From IMG/VR virus record IMGVR_UViG_3300038393_001554, positions 1-39,339 of that record: 39,339 nt of DNA; one strand, given 5' to 3'. The notes under the pieces were generated by a model, which worked only from the letters and a program-made list of their open reading frames with translations, was not told the DNA's origin and ran no database searches. The position numbers and the translations under genes were made by a program. How positions within the stretch are numbered: the stretch's first letter is position 1; the number at the start of each line of letters is the position of its first letter. Below are positions 8,438 to 16,853 of the stretch, in pieces. This DNA is from a virus (taxonomy: Duplodnaviria; Caudoviricetes).

Positions 8438-9712
8438 TCAGGCGGCGAGCTTCAGGCCCACCAGATGGGCCCACTGGCCTCGGGTCGTGAATGCGCCGTA
8501 GCGGATGGCGTCCACGCTGTGGTCGTTGACCTTCAGCGGCTTGTCCTCGCCCAGCAGGGCCGCGCGGTCGTCCCAGGAGTAGCCGGGCATCTCCGCGATC
8601 AAGCCCTTGCACGAGCGGTGGACCATGAGCTTGTTGCGGGCCAGGAGGTCCGACACGAACCGGATGCCGTCCAGGACGCTGTTGTCGGCTGGCACGGGGC
8701 TCAGCCCGTCCCGGTGGAGCTGCTCCTTGAACGAGGCCGCAGAGGGGTCCACAGCGACGAACGGGGGTCGGACCCTGCCGTACGTCGGGATGTCCGAGAG
8801 CCAGGCCCTGATGGCCTCCGAGGTCTCGCTCTGGGTCTGCGTACGGCGCTGCTGCCGCCCGTCGTACCGGTACTCGCTGACCGCGTACAGGCGCTTGTCG
8901 TCCCCGAGTCCGAGCAGGACCGCAGCCGTGGGGTTCGAGGCGCCGTAGTCGATGCCCAGGCCGATCCAGCGGTGCATGCGGGGCATGAGGTCGACCACGT
9001 GGACGTCGGGGTCCCACATGTCGAAGACCGCGCCCTCGGCCGCGACCCACTCACCGAGCACGAAGCGCCGGTAGTAGAGCCCCGTGTACATCGCCTTGAT
9101 GTCCGCGACGTACTGGGCGGGCAGGAACGGGTTGTCGTCCACCGTGAAGTGCCAGCGACGGACCGGGGTGTTCGGATTGGCCAGCCAGTCCCGCATGAGC
9201 CAGTGCGCAGGGTTGTCCGGGTTGGTCGTCGTGAAGAGCTTGGCGCCCTCGATCGACATGCGGCCCACGAGCTGGTCGAAGAACTCCTTGGAGACCAGCG
9301 TGGCCTCATCCAGGTACGCACCGGCCAGCGTGATGCCTCGGAGCTTGCTCTCGGCCTTGGAGTCGTTCGCGCCCAGCACGTGGACCCGGCGACCGAGGAT
9401 CGTGGCGTATGGGGCGTTCGCCGTGTAGTGGACCTCTGCCGCGTACGGTCCTGTGATCTCCGGGTCCATCAGCGGCAGGAACAGGTTCGAGAAGACCGAG
9501 CGGATCGTCTTCCCGATCATTACCAGCTCGCCGCGCTCCGGGGCTTCCGCGATGAACTTCAACCAGCGGATCAGGGAGGCCACCGTCTTGCCCGAGCGGA
9601 TCGAGCCCTCCCACACGTTGATGCGTGCGGTCGACTGGACGATGGAGCGGCCCTGCTTGTCGCTGATCTTCAGCCGGATGGGATCAGTCCTGGCCCGGGT
9701 CGCGATAGTCAT
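8438..9712 (-). CDS. terL: Terminase large subunit (PBSX-like)
   Basis: Walker A GSIRSGKT, Walker B AYLDE, TTNP coupling motif, nuclease GIDYG..DPSAASF..NDHSVDAIRY. Confidence 0.95.
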   Translation of the reverse strand: MTIATRARTDPIRLKISDKQGRSIVQSTARINVWEGSIRSGKTVASLIRWLKFIAEAPERGELVMIGKTIRSVFSNLFLPLMDPEITGPYAAEVHYTANAPYATILGRRVHVLGANDSKAESKLRGITLAGAYLDEATLVSKEFFDQLVGRMSIEGAKLFTTTNPDNPAHWLMRDWLANPNTPVRRWHFTVDDNPFLPAQYVADIKAMYTGLYYRRFVLGEWVAAEGAVFDMWDPDVHVVDLMPRMHRWIGLGIDYGASNPTAAVLLGLGDDKRLYAVSEYRYDGRQQRRTQTQSETSEAIRAWLSDIPTYGRVRPPFVAVDPSAASFKEQLHRDGLSPVPADNSVLDGIRFVSDLLARNKLMVHRSCKGLIAEMPGYSWDDRAALLGEDKPLKVNDHSVDAIRYGAFTTRGQWAHLVGLKLAA

Positions 9713-10199
9713 CCGCGCTCCCGTACAGCTCGGTCAGGGCGTGCCCAAGGGATCCGAGGGCGGCCTTGGCCTTGTCGGTGTCGGACCCGGCGTCGTCCTT
9801 GGCCTTCGCGTCGAACCGGGCCAGTGCGCTCATGGCGGCAGCCGTCAGGTCCTTGGTCTCCTTCGCCGGAGGCTGCTGGAGCCACTCGGCGGTCATCTCC
9901 CCGGTGTGGGAGAAGCCCGTCAGGAGGTACCGGCTATTGGTCCGCCCGATGGCCCTCTCGGCGAGATCCAGAAGCTGTTCCTGGATCCGCTGACGCCTGT
10001 CCTTCAGGTCGACCTGACGGGCGTCAGTGGCGGCCCTGACGGCCTCCCGGTCGAAGGACAGCCCGAGGCGCTCAGCCCACCGGCTGATGGTTACCTTGGG
10101 GCGACCCATGGCCTCCGCGATGGCATTACGGGACAGCCCGTCAGCGTGAAGCTGACGCAGGCGCTCCTGCTCCTCGTCGGTGAACGGGCTTCCGGCCAT
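9684..10199 (-). CDS. terS: Terminase small subunit (N-terminal HTH)
   Basis: HTH LSRNAIAEAMGRPKVTISRW; overlaps the terL start. Confidence 0.75.
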   Translation of the reverse strand: MAGSPFTDEEQERLRQLHADGLSRNAIAEAMGRPKVTISRWAERLGLSFDREAVRAATDARQVDLKDRRQRIQEQLLDLAERAIGRTNSRYLLTGFSHTGEMTAEWLQQPPAKETKDLTAAAMSALARFDAKAKDDAGSDTDKAKAALGSLGHALTELYGSADDYRDPGQD

Positions 10200-10274
10200 C
10201 TCGCGCCTCCTCTCACGTGCGTGAGGCGTGGACGGACCGGTCCGTCATGACGGGCGTCAGGAGGGCCAGCCGGC

Positions 10275-10502
10275 TCAGCGTCGGGAGTCGTTGAAGAGGG
10301 CCTGGGCGGTCACCCGGGCCTCCTCCTCGTCACCGCCCTCGTGGATGCAGCGCTCGTACGCCCTGACGGCCTCGGCGAAGTCCACGAGTTCTCCGGCGGT
10401 GATCGTCAGACGGGCCTCGGAGGGCTCGCACTCGCGGGGGTCCGTCATGTCGCCCAGGTCCACGTACAGGGCGAAGAGGTTGATGCTCTCGGCGATGGCC
10501 AC
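10275..10502 (-). CDS. Hypothetical protein (75 aa)
   Basis: GTG start with GGAGG RBS; lies in the late operon. Confidence 0.6.
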   Translation of the reverse strand: MAIAESINLFALYVDLGDMTDPRECEPSEARLTITAGELVDFAEAVRAYERCIHEGGDEEEARVTAQALFNDSRR

Positions 10503-10522
10503 GGGCCCTCCGGAATTTAAGT

Positions 10523-10738
10523 TCAGGCAGCAGGGGCCAGTACGCGCCGGGCTCGGGCCCGGGTGGCCTTCTCGGCCCTCACGACGTCCATGAAGTCGTA
10601 GAGCGGGCGGCCGTGAGGGGTGAGGCCCTTGACGGTCAAGTGACCGCGTCGGGCCCAGGACTGGACGGTGCGGATGTGAACGCCACAGTGGTCAGAAGCT
10701 TCGCGGGACGTCATCCAGATCGTCTCACCCGTCATCAC
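10523..10738 (-). CDS. MerR/excisionase-like HTH DNA-binding protein
   Basis: WMTSREAS..CGV..RTVQSWARRGHL..GRPLY..DV.RAEKATR. Confidence 0.75.
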   Translation of the reverse strand: MMTGETIWMTSREASDHCGVHIRTVQSWARRGHLTVKGLTPHGRPLYDFMDVVRAEKATRARARRVLAPAA

Positions 10739-10757
10739 GGCCTCCCGAGCATGCGAA

Positions 10758-10788
10758 AGGCCCCGGTCCGCCAGTGGCGTCGGGGCCT
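10758..10788 (-). terminator. Hairpin/attenuator in the late-operon leader
   Basis: aggccccg/cggggcct stem followed by a short T run on the minus strand. Confidence 0.5.
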
Positions 10789-10819
10789 GCGCGAGGACGT
10801 ACCTGTCCTGCTGACACGA

Positions 10820-10849
10820 AGTATGCGATCAGGTTGATTCAAAATGCAA
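10820..10849 (-). promoter_or_regulatory. Putative late promoter TTGCAT-N18-CATACT
   Basis: AT-rich intergenic island; HrdB-like boxes facing the packaging/structural operon. Confidence 0.55.
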
Positions 10850-10902
10850 GCACCCCGTCAGGCGGGCCTCTGACGGGCTCTGACGGGGTGTCCTGCGGAG
10901 CG

Positions 10903-11511
10903 TCAGGAGGCGGTCTGGCGGGCCTTCCGGCGCTGGTACTTCTCCTGGGACCGGATCCGGCGACAGGGGAGGCAGCGGCGGCGTCCATCCTTCTCCCGGT
11001 AGACGTTCTCCTCTGTCAGGGCGTGCCCGTGCTTGCAGACCTCCCGGGGGCGCTTGTTCCGCTCCTGCTCGGACCTCGTGGCCCAGCGGCAGTTCCCCGG
11101 CTCGTAGTGGCCGTTGACGTCGATGCGGTCGATCGTCTTGCCCTCGGGCCTCTCGCCCATGTCCTGGAGGAAGTTCTCGAAGGTCATCCAGCGGTCACAG
11201 ACCTTGATCCCTCGGCCGCCGTATCGCGGGTAGTCGGAGGCGTTCGGCTTGGTGCAGCGAGTGATCATGCAGGACCAGGACATCCAGGTCGGGCTGTGCG
11301 AGAGGCCGTGTCGGACGTTCAGAGAGGCAGCCCAGTCCCGGCGGGCGCATCCGCAGGACTTGACCTTGCCCCAGGCGCCTTGGGCGACCGCGTGGTCCGT
11401 CCCGCATTCACAGGTACAGAGGACCTTGCCCGGAACGACCTCGGTCACGGTGAGCCGCCTGAAGCGGTCTCCCGGCCAGACGGGACGCAGGGCTTGGATA
11501 AAGTAGGCCAT
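10903..11511 (-). CDS. HNH homing endonuclease-like protein
   Basis: CxCxCG, KSCGC, YGGRGIKVCDRW..FENFL.DMG.RP..TIDRIDVNGHYEPGNCRWAT..EQ.RN; C-terminal CKHGH..C..C. Confidence 0.9.
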   Translation of the reverse strand: MAYFIQALRPVWPGDRFRRLTVTEVVPGKVLCTCECGTDHAVAQGAWGKVKSCGCARRDWAASLNVRHGLSHSPTWMSWSCMITRCTKPNASDYPRYGGRGIKVCDRWMTFENFLQDMGERPEGKTIDRIDVNGHYEPGNCRWATRSEQERNKRPREVCKHGHALTEENVYREKDGRRRCLPCRRIRSQEKYQRRKARQTAS

Positions 11512-11575
11512 GTCGACTCCAACCAGTCGGCCAGGCCCCGGCAGGTGTTACCGCACCTCCGGGGCCACTCTTTTT
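11512..11575 (+). ncRNA. Candidate structured antisense RNA or leader over the HNH translation start
   Basis: Hairpins gtcgac/gtcggc and ggccccgg-(aggtg ttaccg cacct)-ccggggcc followed by T5. Confidence 0.4.
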
Positions 11576-11624
11576 GGTGGGTCAATTCTCTCATGTAGTA
11601 CAGGAGTTGACCTAACGGGACTTT

Positions 11625-11726
11625 CTACTGACAGCCATGGCCCATCGGGTACCAGCCGCCACAGGCCGAGCAGTAGACGGTGATCCATCGGCCGTCATCG
11701 TTGGCCAGGACGAAGAAGTACTCCAT
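11625..11726 (-). CDS. Small Cys/His peptide (33 aa)
   Basis: MEYFFVLANDDGRWITVYCSACGGWYPMGHGCQ; starts 3 nt after the upstream stop. Confidence 0.45.
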   Translation of the reverse strand: MEYFFVLANDDGRWITVYCSACGGWYPMGHGCQ

Positions 11727-11729
11727 GCC

Positions 11730-11891
11730 TCAGCCCTCCCCGTTCGCCTTGACCTCGGCCACCAGAGCGGCGACCTCTTCCGGCTCGATCGCCCCGGCCT
11801 CGGCGGCCTGACGGGCGGACGTGATGATCGTCTGTGCGTAGTCGGTGGCCCCGTCGGCCATCGCCTGGCGGTACATCGCCGCGTAGTCCAT
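11730..11891 (-). CDS. Hypothetical protein (53 aa)
   Basis: MDYAAMYRQAMADGATDYAQ...; GAGGA RBS; not in the ORF track because it is short. Confidence 0.6.
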   Translation of the reverse strand: MDYAAMYRQAMADGATDYAQTIITSARQAAEAGAIEPEEVAALVAEVKANGEG

Positions 11892-11899
11892 GGATGTCC

Positions 11900-12571
11900 T
11901 CACTGCTCGATGGGCCCGATGACCTTCACGTGGGTCCGGGCCGGGTTGGTGGGGTCGGGAACCGAGATGATCTGGGCCCCGCTCGGGAGGCGGGTGGCGG
12001 TCAGCTCGGTGTTGTTGTTGTCGCTCTGACCAGGACCAACAACAGGTTCGGAGGGCTCGGGGGAGGGGCTGGGAGAGGGGATGTCGGACCCCTTCACACC
12101 CGTGCTGACACCCCGGCCCTTCATCCGCACATCGCTGATGGGCACCCCGGCCCGGGTGAGGACCTCCCGCACGTGGGCGGTGTCGGTCCCCAACCTCTTT
12201 GCGATGACGGAGAGGTGGACGTGGGGGTCCGCCGACTCCCGCAGAACCGCGAGGACCTCGGGGGAGTCGTCCTGCCCGGCGGCCGGCTCCGAGGATTCCT
12301 GGAGAGAGGCCACCGCGGGCTCCTCCTCGGCCCCCTCAGGCTTGCCCTTCCGGAAGGCGGCGATGACCCACCACGCGGTCAGCGGGAACATCAGCACCGG
12401 TGCAGTCCGGATGAAGCCCCAGAGGATCGCCAGGCCGCCCAGGAGGAACACGAGGCGGACCAGGAAGTCGACAGCCCCCTTGCCCTCCTTGAACCACGCC
12501 ACGGTCCCCCGGGCCATCCCCAGGGCCAGGAGGCCGCTCCCCCGGTAGACGCGGTCGAAGAAGGCCCGCAT
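11900..12571 (-). CDS. Membrane protein with HTH-like C-terminal region (Spd-like operon gene 4)
   Basis: Hydrophobic helices, then HVHLSVIAKRLGTDTAHVREVL; TGATG coupling. Confidence 0.7.
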   Translation of the reverse strand: MRAFFDRVYRGSGLLALGMARGTVAWFKEGKGAVDFLVRLVFLLGGLAILWGFIRTAPVLMFPLTAWWVIAAFRKGKPEGAEEEPAVASLQESSEPAAGQDDSPEVLAVLRESADPHVHLSVIAKRLGTDTAHVREVLTRAGVPISDVRMKGRGVSTGVKGSDIPSPSPSPEPSEPVVGPGQSDNNNTELTATRLPSGAQIISVPDPTNPARTHVKVIGPIEQ

Positions 12572-13107
12572 CACATGACCCCCGTGACCTTGTCGCCGAG
12601 GGCGTTGAAGACGGTCACGACGGCAGAGGCGGCCACACCGGAGAAGCCCGCGCTCAGGCCGATCATGACGCCGCACGTGACGCCGCTCGTCACCTTGCCG
12701 TGGAAGACCTTGCCGCCGGACTTCCAGATGGCCGCGAGACCCACGATGTAGATCACCAGGGCCGCGCAGCCGCCGGGCGTCAGGGACTTGTGGCCGCTCC
12801 TCGTGACGCCCGGGGTCGCGGTGCCCGTGACGGCCGTCAGGGACCAGTTGCCGAGGGTGTTCCCGGCGTCCAGGAGCATCGTCGCGGCGGTGCCCAGCAG
12901 GCCTCCGGCGGCTGTGATGCACAGCATCCCCAGGGCCACCGAAGACAGGAACGGGATCAGGACCTTCGGGTCCCGTCCGCCTCCTCCGGCCCCGGGAGGA
13001 CCGCCCTTGCCTCCGCCCTTCCACCAGCGGGTGAGGTGCCAGGCCAGGATGCTCAGGCCGATCGTGACGGCCCCCAGGGATACCGTGGCGCTCGTGACGG
13101 TGTTCAT
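12571..13107 (-). CDS. Gly-rich multi-pass membrane protein (Spd-like operon gene 3)
   Basis: Four or more hydrophobic segments; ATGA coupling to the upstream gene. Confidence 0.7.
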   Translation of the reverse strand: MNTVTSATVSLGAVTIGLSILAWHLTRWWKGGGKGGPPGAGGGGRDPKVLIPFLSSVALGMLCITAAGGLLGTAATMLLDAGNTLGNWSLTAVTGTATPGVTRSGHKSLTPGGCAALVIYIVGLAAIWKSGGKVFHGKVTSGVTCGVMIGLSAGFSGVAASAVVTVFNALGDKVTGVM

Positions 13108-13454
13108 CGGCCGCCTCCCGTCATGACGTCCACGACGGCCGTGAAGACGGGCAGCGCGAGGACCATGCCGAGTACGGCGGCCCAGACGCAAAACCGGTTG
13201 AAGAAGCCCCGGTGCTGGACGAAGCGGATCACGGTCACGGTGAGGACGAACCCGCCCATCACCCAGGCCCCGGCCGCTGCCTGCTCGCGCTGGACGTCGT
13301 TCAGGGTGGCGGCCCAGATGTTGGCCGGGACCCAGGCGCAGGCGATGGCGCCGAGGTTCTTGGCGGGCTGGATCCAGGAGAAGTCCCAGCGGCGCTTCTC
13401 GGGCTCGTCGGACGTGAAGTGGACGTGGACGTGGGTCTCGGGAGGTTCTGTCAT
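13104..13454 (-). CDS. Membrane protein, about 3 TM (Spd-like operon gene 2)
   Basis: GGAGG RBS; hydrophobic segments. Confidence 0.7.
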   Translation of the reverse strand: MTEPPETHVHVHFTSDEPEKRRWDFSWIQPAKNLGAIACAWVPANIWAATLNDVQREQAAAGAWVMGGFVLTVTVIRFVQHRGFFNRFCVWAAVLGMVLALPVFTAVVDVMTGGGR

Positions 13455-13525
13455 GGCGCCCTCCGGGCAGGTGGGCGCGCTTGCTTCAAGCCGAGGCGAG
13501 CACAGCGCGCCGAAGTGGGTGTGGT

Positions 13526-14365
13526 TCAGGCCGCGATGGCGTCCGGGAGGTCCTTCAGGTGGGGCTCGGCCGTCTCGACCCGCTTCCGGGCCTCGCGGCA
13601 GGTGCCGTCACTGTTCGGGAGGTTGGCGTCAGCGAGGGCCTGACGGATGTGACGGGTGGCGGGGCGCCGGTTGCCCAGGTCGTCGTACAGCGCCCGGACC
13701 ACCTGGTCGATCTGCTCCCTCTGCGTCAGCTCCTGACGGGGCTCCTCGGGCTCCCTGACGGGCTCCGGCTCCTGCGTCACCTCGGGCTCGTCCTCGGGGG
13801 CCTGTACGGCCTCCTGGGGCTCTTCCGGGGCCTCCGGCTCCTCGGGCTCCATGACGGGCGTCACGAGAGGTACTGACGGCACTGGCGGAGCCGTCAGGAC
13901 GCTCTGGCGCGAGAGCAGGAACTCGTGGACCTGGCGCATGAGAACGCCGAAGGCGAGCAGGGCGGCGACGGGCGGCACGGCGGCCGTCACGTAGTCCAGC
14001 GGGTCGTGGCTGACGCCCACCCCGGCGACGTTCAGGACGATGGAGCCCAGCGAGCCGGCTGAGGTGAGGGCGATGGCCCAGCGGTCCACCCGGCGCATCA
14101 AGGAGGCCCGCAGGATCAGCAGTTCGCCGACCGCGATGAAGGTGTCCACCGTGGCGGGCCAGGCCCAGGCGCGCTCCCCGTGGAGGCGGTGGGCGGAGGC
14201 CAGGTCGTGGAGGCTCTCGAAGCTCAGCCAGAAGGACACGGCGGTCAGGGCGGTGGTCAGCACGGCGGCGCCGATGGCCAGGCCGAGCTGGGCGTCAGTG
14301 TGAGGGCGTACAGGCGTCTGCCCTGCCGTCGGTAAAGCCGGCACGGTAAGTTCTGCGTTGGGCAT
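13526..14365 (-). CDS. DUF2637-family membrane protein (Spd-like); in-frame TTA at codon 11
   Basis: SFWLSFESLHDLA..AWAWPATVD..SIVLNVA..AAVPPVA, 4 TM, Pro/Glu linker, C-terminal helical/HTH-like region; start codon somewhat uncertain. Confidence 0.8.
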   Translation of the reverse strand: MPNAELTVPALPTAGQTPVRPHTDAQLGLAIGAAVLTTALTAVSFWLSFESLHDLASAHRLHGERAWAWPATVDTFIAVGELLILRASLMRRVDRWAIALTSAGSLGSIVLNVAGVGVSHDPLDYVTAAVPPVAALLAFGVLMRQVHEFLLSRQSVLTAPPVPSVPLVTPVMEPEEPEAPEEPQEAVQAPEDEPEVTQEPEPVREPEEPRQELTQREQIDQVVRALYDDLGNRRPATRHIRQALADANLPNSDGTCREARKRVETAEPHLKDLPDAIAA

Positions 14366-14447
14366 GGGGAGGTCGCATCTCCTCGTGCTCGGGGCCCCCG
14401 GGGTTTCTGATTGGCGTCGGAGTCCGGGGGCCCGCAGCGGTTTTCGG

Positions 14448-14468
14448 TTATCTGTGCACAGGTTAGCG
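14448..14468 (-). promoter_or_regulatory. Putative -10 box (TAACCT) plus GntR operator-like palindrome of the DUF2637 operon
   Basis: ttatctgtgcacaggttagcg matches 25277-25298 at 19 of 22 positions. Confidence 0.6.
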
Positions 14469-14486
14469 TCAACCACCGTCAGCGCG

Positions 14487-15146
14487 TCAGGGGTTGACGG
14501 CGTCATGGACACGCTCCGCCTGAGCCTTGACCAGAGCTTCGTAGTCCGCCTGGTCGAGCTTCACGCTCGGGCAGTTCCGGCACTCGGCCGCCCAGTCCCC
14601 CGGGAAGTACCTGACCAGAGCCGTCATCTCGCAGCTCGGGCAGATGACGCCCTTCAGCAGCTCCCTGACGGGCTCCGTCATCGTGATCCGCTGGGCGGTT
14701 CTGACGAGGTCCCGGATCTCCTCGGCGAAGTCGGCCACCCAGTCCTGCTCGCAGATCCACGGCAGGTGGGCCGTCAGCCGGGCCGTCATGGTCGTCACGT
14801 GCTTCCTGACGGGCGTCAGGCCCCGCTCGTAGGTGATGGCCTGAGACCAGCTCCAGAGGGTCTCCAGGAAGGGCACGGGACCCACCTGGTCGAGCACGCT
14901 CGTGACGGCGTCAGGGCTCGCCGGGCCCAAGAGGTTCAGGACGTCAGCACGGCCCGGCAGGGGGGCGTGGAGCTTCTTGGGCGACCGTCCGTCCCCGCCT
15001 CCTCCCTGGACCCGCTGACGGCTCATGCAGAGGTACACGTACTGCTCGGGGAGCCGGGCGAGGGCACCGCGGATTCTGCTCCGGCACCGGTCGCACGTCT
15101 TGGCCTCCTGCGGCGCTCCGCAGACGTAGCACTCGTAGATGTTCAT
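14487..15146 (-). CDS. Zn-binding actinophage protein, possible late-gene activator or antiterminator
   Basis: CxxC..CxxC at both termini; APLP..DVLNL; L..HLPW..DWVADFAEEIRDL; lies at the end of the early operon. Confidence 0.6.
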   Translation of the reverse strand: MNIYECYVCGAPQEAKTCDRCRSRIRGALARLPEQYVYLCMSRQRVQGGGGDGRSPKKLHAPLPGRADVLNLLGPASPDAVTSVLDQVGPVPFLETLWSWSQAITYERGLTPVRKHVTTMTARLTAHLPWICEQDWVADFAEEIRDLVRTAQRITMTEPVRELLKGVICPSCEMTALVRYFPGDWAAECRNCPSVKLDQADYEALVKAQAERVHDAVNP

Positions 15147-15355
15147 GGGTGGACCTCCAGGACGGTCAGGCGGATCAGGGCGGCGTACTCGCCCTGGGTG
15201 GCCCCCTCGGGGATCGCGGGGGCCTGGGAGAGGAGCTGGCGGCAGACAGCCGGCTCGGGGGCTACGCGGTGGAGGAGCCCGAGGAGCACCCCGAGGGCCA
15301 TGGGCTCTTCGGGGTGCTCGCTCAGGGCGTCGGCGAGGGTCGTCAGACCGGACAC
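15143..15355 (-). CDS. Hypothetical protein (70 aa)
   Basis: Overlaps both neighbours; T.GEYA..IRL pattern. Confidence 0.6.
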   Translation of the reverse strand: MSGLTTLADALSEHPEEPMALGVLLGLLHRVAPEPAVCRQLLSQAPAIPEGATQGEYAALIRLTVLEVHP

Positions 15356-16752
15356 GGAGCGGGCTCCATGTCCTCGCCGGTGATGGCCTCCACGACGGCG
15401 GAGACGAGGACCTCCGAGGCGTTCGGCGTTACGGCGTTACCGAGCATCCGGACCCGCTCCCGCTTCGTGCCGAGGAGCTTGTAGCCCTCGCGGAAGCTCA
15501 TCGCGGTGCCGATCTCCTCGGGCTCCAGCATCCGGAAGAGGCAGTCCTCGACCTCGATCTGGGCCTTGAGCACCGCGTACCGGTCGACCGTCGTCAGCGC
15601 CCCCAGGGGCTGGCTCAGGGGCCGGGCTCGGCCAGTGCCGTAGTACGGGACCGCCAAGTCCTCGGTGACTAAACCGTGGTGGTTGCCGGAGGCCGTAACG
15701 GTGCAGAGCGGGTCCGTGGTCGAGCGGTGCTTGGAGGCCCCGCCCCGCAGTTCGGCGATGAACGGCGTGAAGGCCACACCGGTCTCCCGCCGCGTCGTCA
15801 TGGTCCTGGCGGGCTCGTCCAGCGGCTTCGCCTGCTTGCCCTGTCGGCCCTCCACCGGGACGACCAGGTGGCGGGCGTACCGCTCCAGGCCGTCGCGGAT
15901 CCGGTCCATCGTCTTCTTCGCCAGGGGGCGCTTGCGGTCCCCGATCCTCTGGGCCGGGATGGACCAGTCGATCGCCTTGGAGGCCGGGAGGGCGAGGGGC
16001 TCGATCACCTGGCCACAGCCCGCCTCAGGGCACCGGTAGACGTACTGGGTGCGGTAGCGGCCCCAGGGCTCCCGGTCCTTGCGCTTGAAGTCCTGGCGGG
16101 CCCGTACGGCGCCGTGGTCGGGGCACGTGGCGTGCGGCCTCAGCCACTTCTGCCAGTCGGGCTTCCGGCCCACGGAGCGGTGCACGTACCCGAGGTAGAA
16201 GCGGTCCCGGCTCTGCGGGCTCCACAGGGCCTTCCGGGCGTGCGCGTGAGCCGAGTTGAGGTGGATGATCTCGGTCTCGTAGCCGAGGACCTCAAGGGCC
16301 TTCCGCCAGGACTCGAAGAGCACCCACTTCTGGAAGTCGATGACGTTCTCCACGATGCCCCCGAGGACCGGGCGGCCCCGAAGGATCATCCGGTCCAGGT
16401 ACCGCACGATGTCCCAGGCCGTAGCCCGGCTCCGCTCGGCCGCGTCCATGGGGAGGACCTCGCCGTTCTCGTCCGGGATCTGGTCGAGCTGGACGCGCTT
16501 ACGGCCCGAGGCCACAGAGTGGTGAGTGCACTCCGGGCTGGACCACAGGACGTCCACGCGGGGGTACCAGCGGAAGTCCGCCTGGCTGATGTCGCAGCAC
16601 TCGTGCTGAGCCGCAGGGAAGTTCAGGGCGTGGGTGTCGATCGCCAGGCGCCAGTGGTTCAGCACGAGGGTCAGCTCCACGCCGGGGACGTAGTGGATGC
16701 CCTGCGAGCTTCCACCGCCCCCGGCCATGAAGTCTCCGGCGGTCAGGGTCAC
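15343..16752 (-). CDS. DNA cytosine-5 methyltransferase (orphan); in-frame TTA at 15672-15670
   Basis: Motif I DFMAGGGG, IV SPEC, VI ENV, VIII PQSRDR, IX RML..E, X LGNAV. Confidence 0.92.
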   Translation of the reverse strand: MTLTAGDFMAGGGGSSQGIHYVPGVELTLVLNHWRLAIDTHALNFPAAQHECCDISQADFRWYPRVDVLWSSPECTHHSVASGRKRVQLDQIPDENGEVLPMDAAERSRATAWDIVRYLDRMILRGRPVLGGIVENVIDFQKWVLFESWRKALEVLGYETEIIHLNSAHAHARKALWSPQSRDRFYLGYVHRSVGRKPDWQKWLRPHATCPDHGAVRARQDFKRKDREPWGRYRTQYVYRCPEAGCGQVIEPLALPASKAIDWSIPAQRIGDRKRPLAKKTMDRIRDGLERYARHLVVPVEGRQGKQAKPLDEPARTMTTRRETGVAFTPFIAELRGGASKHRSTTDPLCTVTASGNHHGLVTEDLAVPYYGTGRARPLSQPLGALTTVDRYAVLKAQIEVEDCLFRMLEPEEIGTAMSFREGYKLLGTKRERVRMLGNAVTPNASEVLVSAVVEAITGEDMEPAPCPV

Positions 16753-16850
16753 CGGGCACTCCGCATCTCGCGGATGACCATGACAATCCAGACGATGACG
16801 ATGAAGGCGGCCAGGCCGTAGAGGGCCAGTTGGGTGTGGTTCCAGGTCAT
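16749..16850 (-). CDS. Single-TM peptide (33 aa)
   Basis: MTWNHTQLALYGLAAFIVIVWIVMVIREMRSAR; GTGA coupling to the MTase start. Confidence 0.55.
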   Translation of the reverse strand: MTWNHTQLALYGLAAFIVIVWIVMVIREMRSAR

Positions 16851-16853
16851 CGG

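Noticed and set aside
6053-10039. Long + strand ORFs (740 aa, 559 aa)
   Set aside because: Antisense shadows of scaffold, portal and terL, expected in high-GC DNA; no motifs
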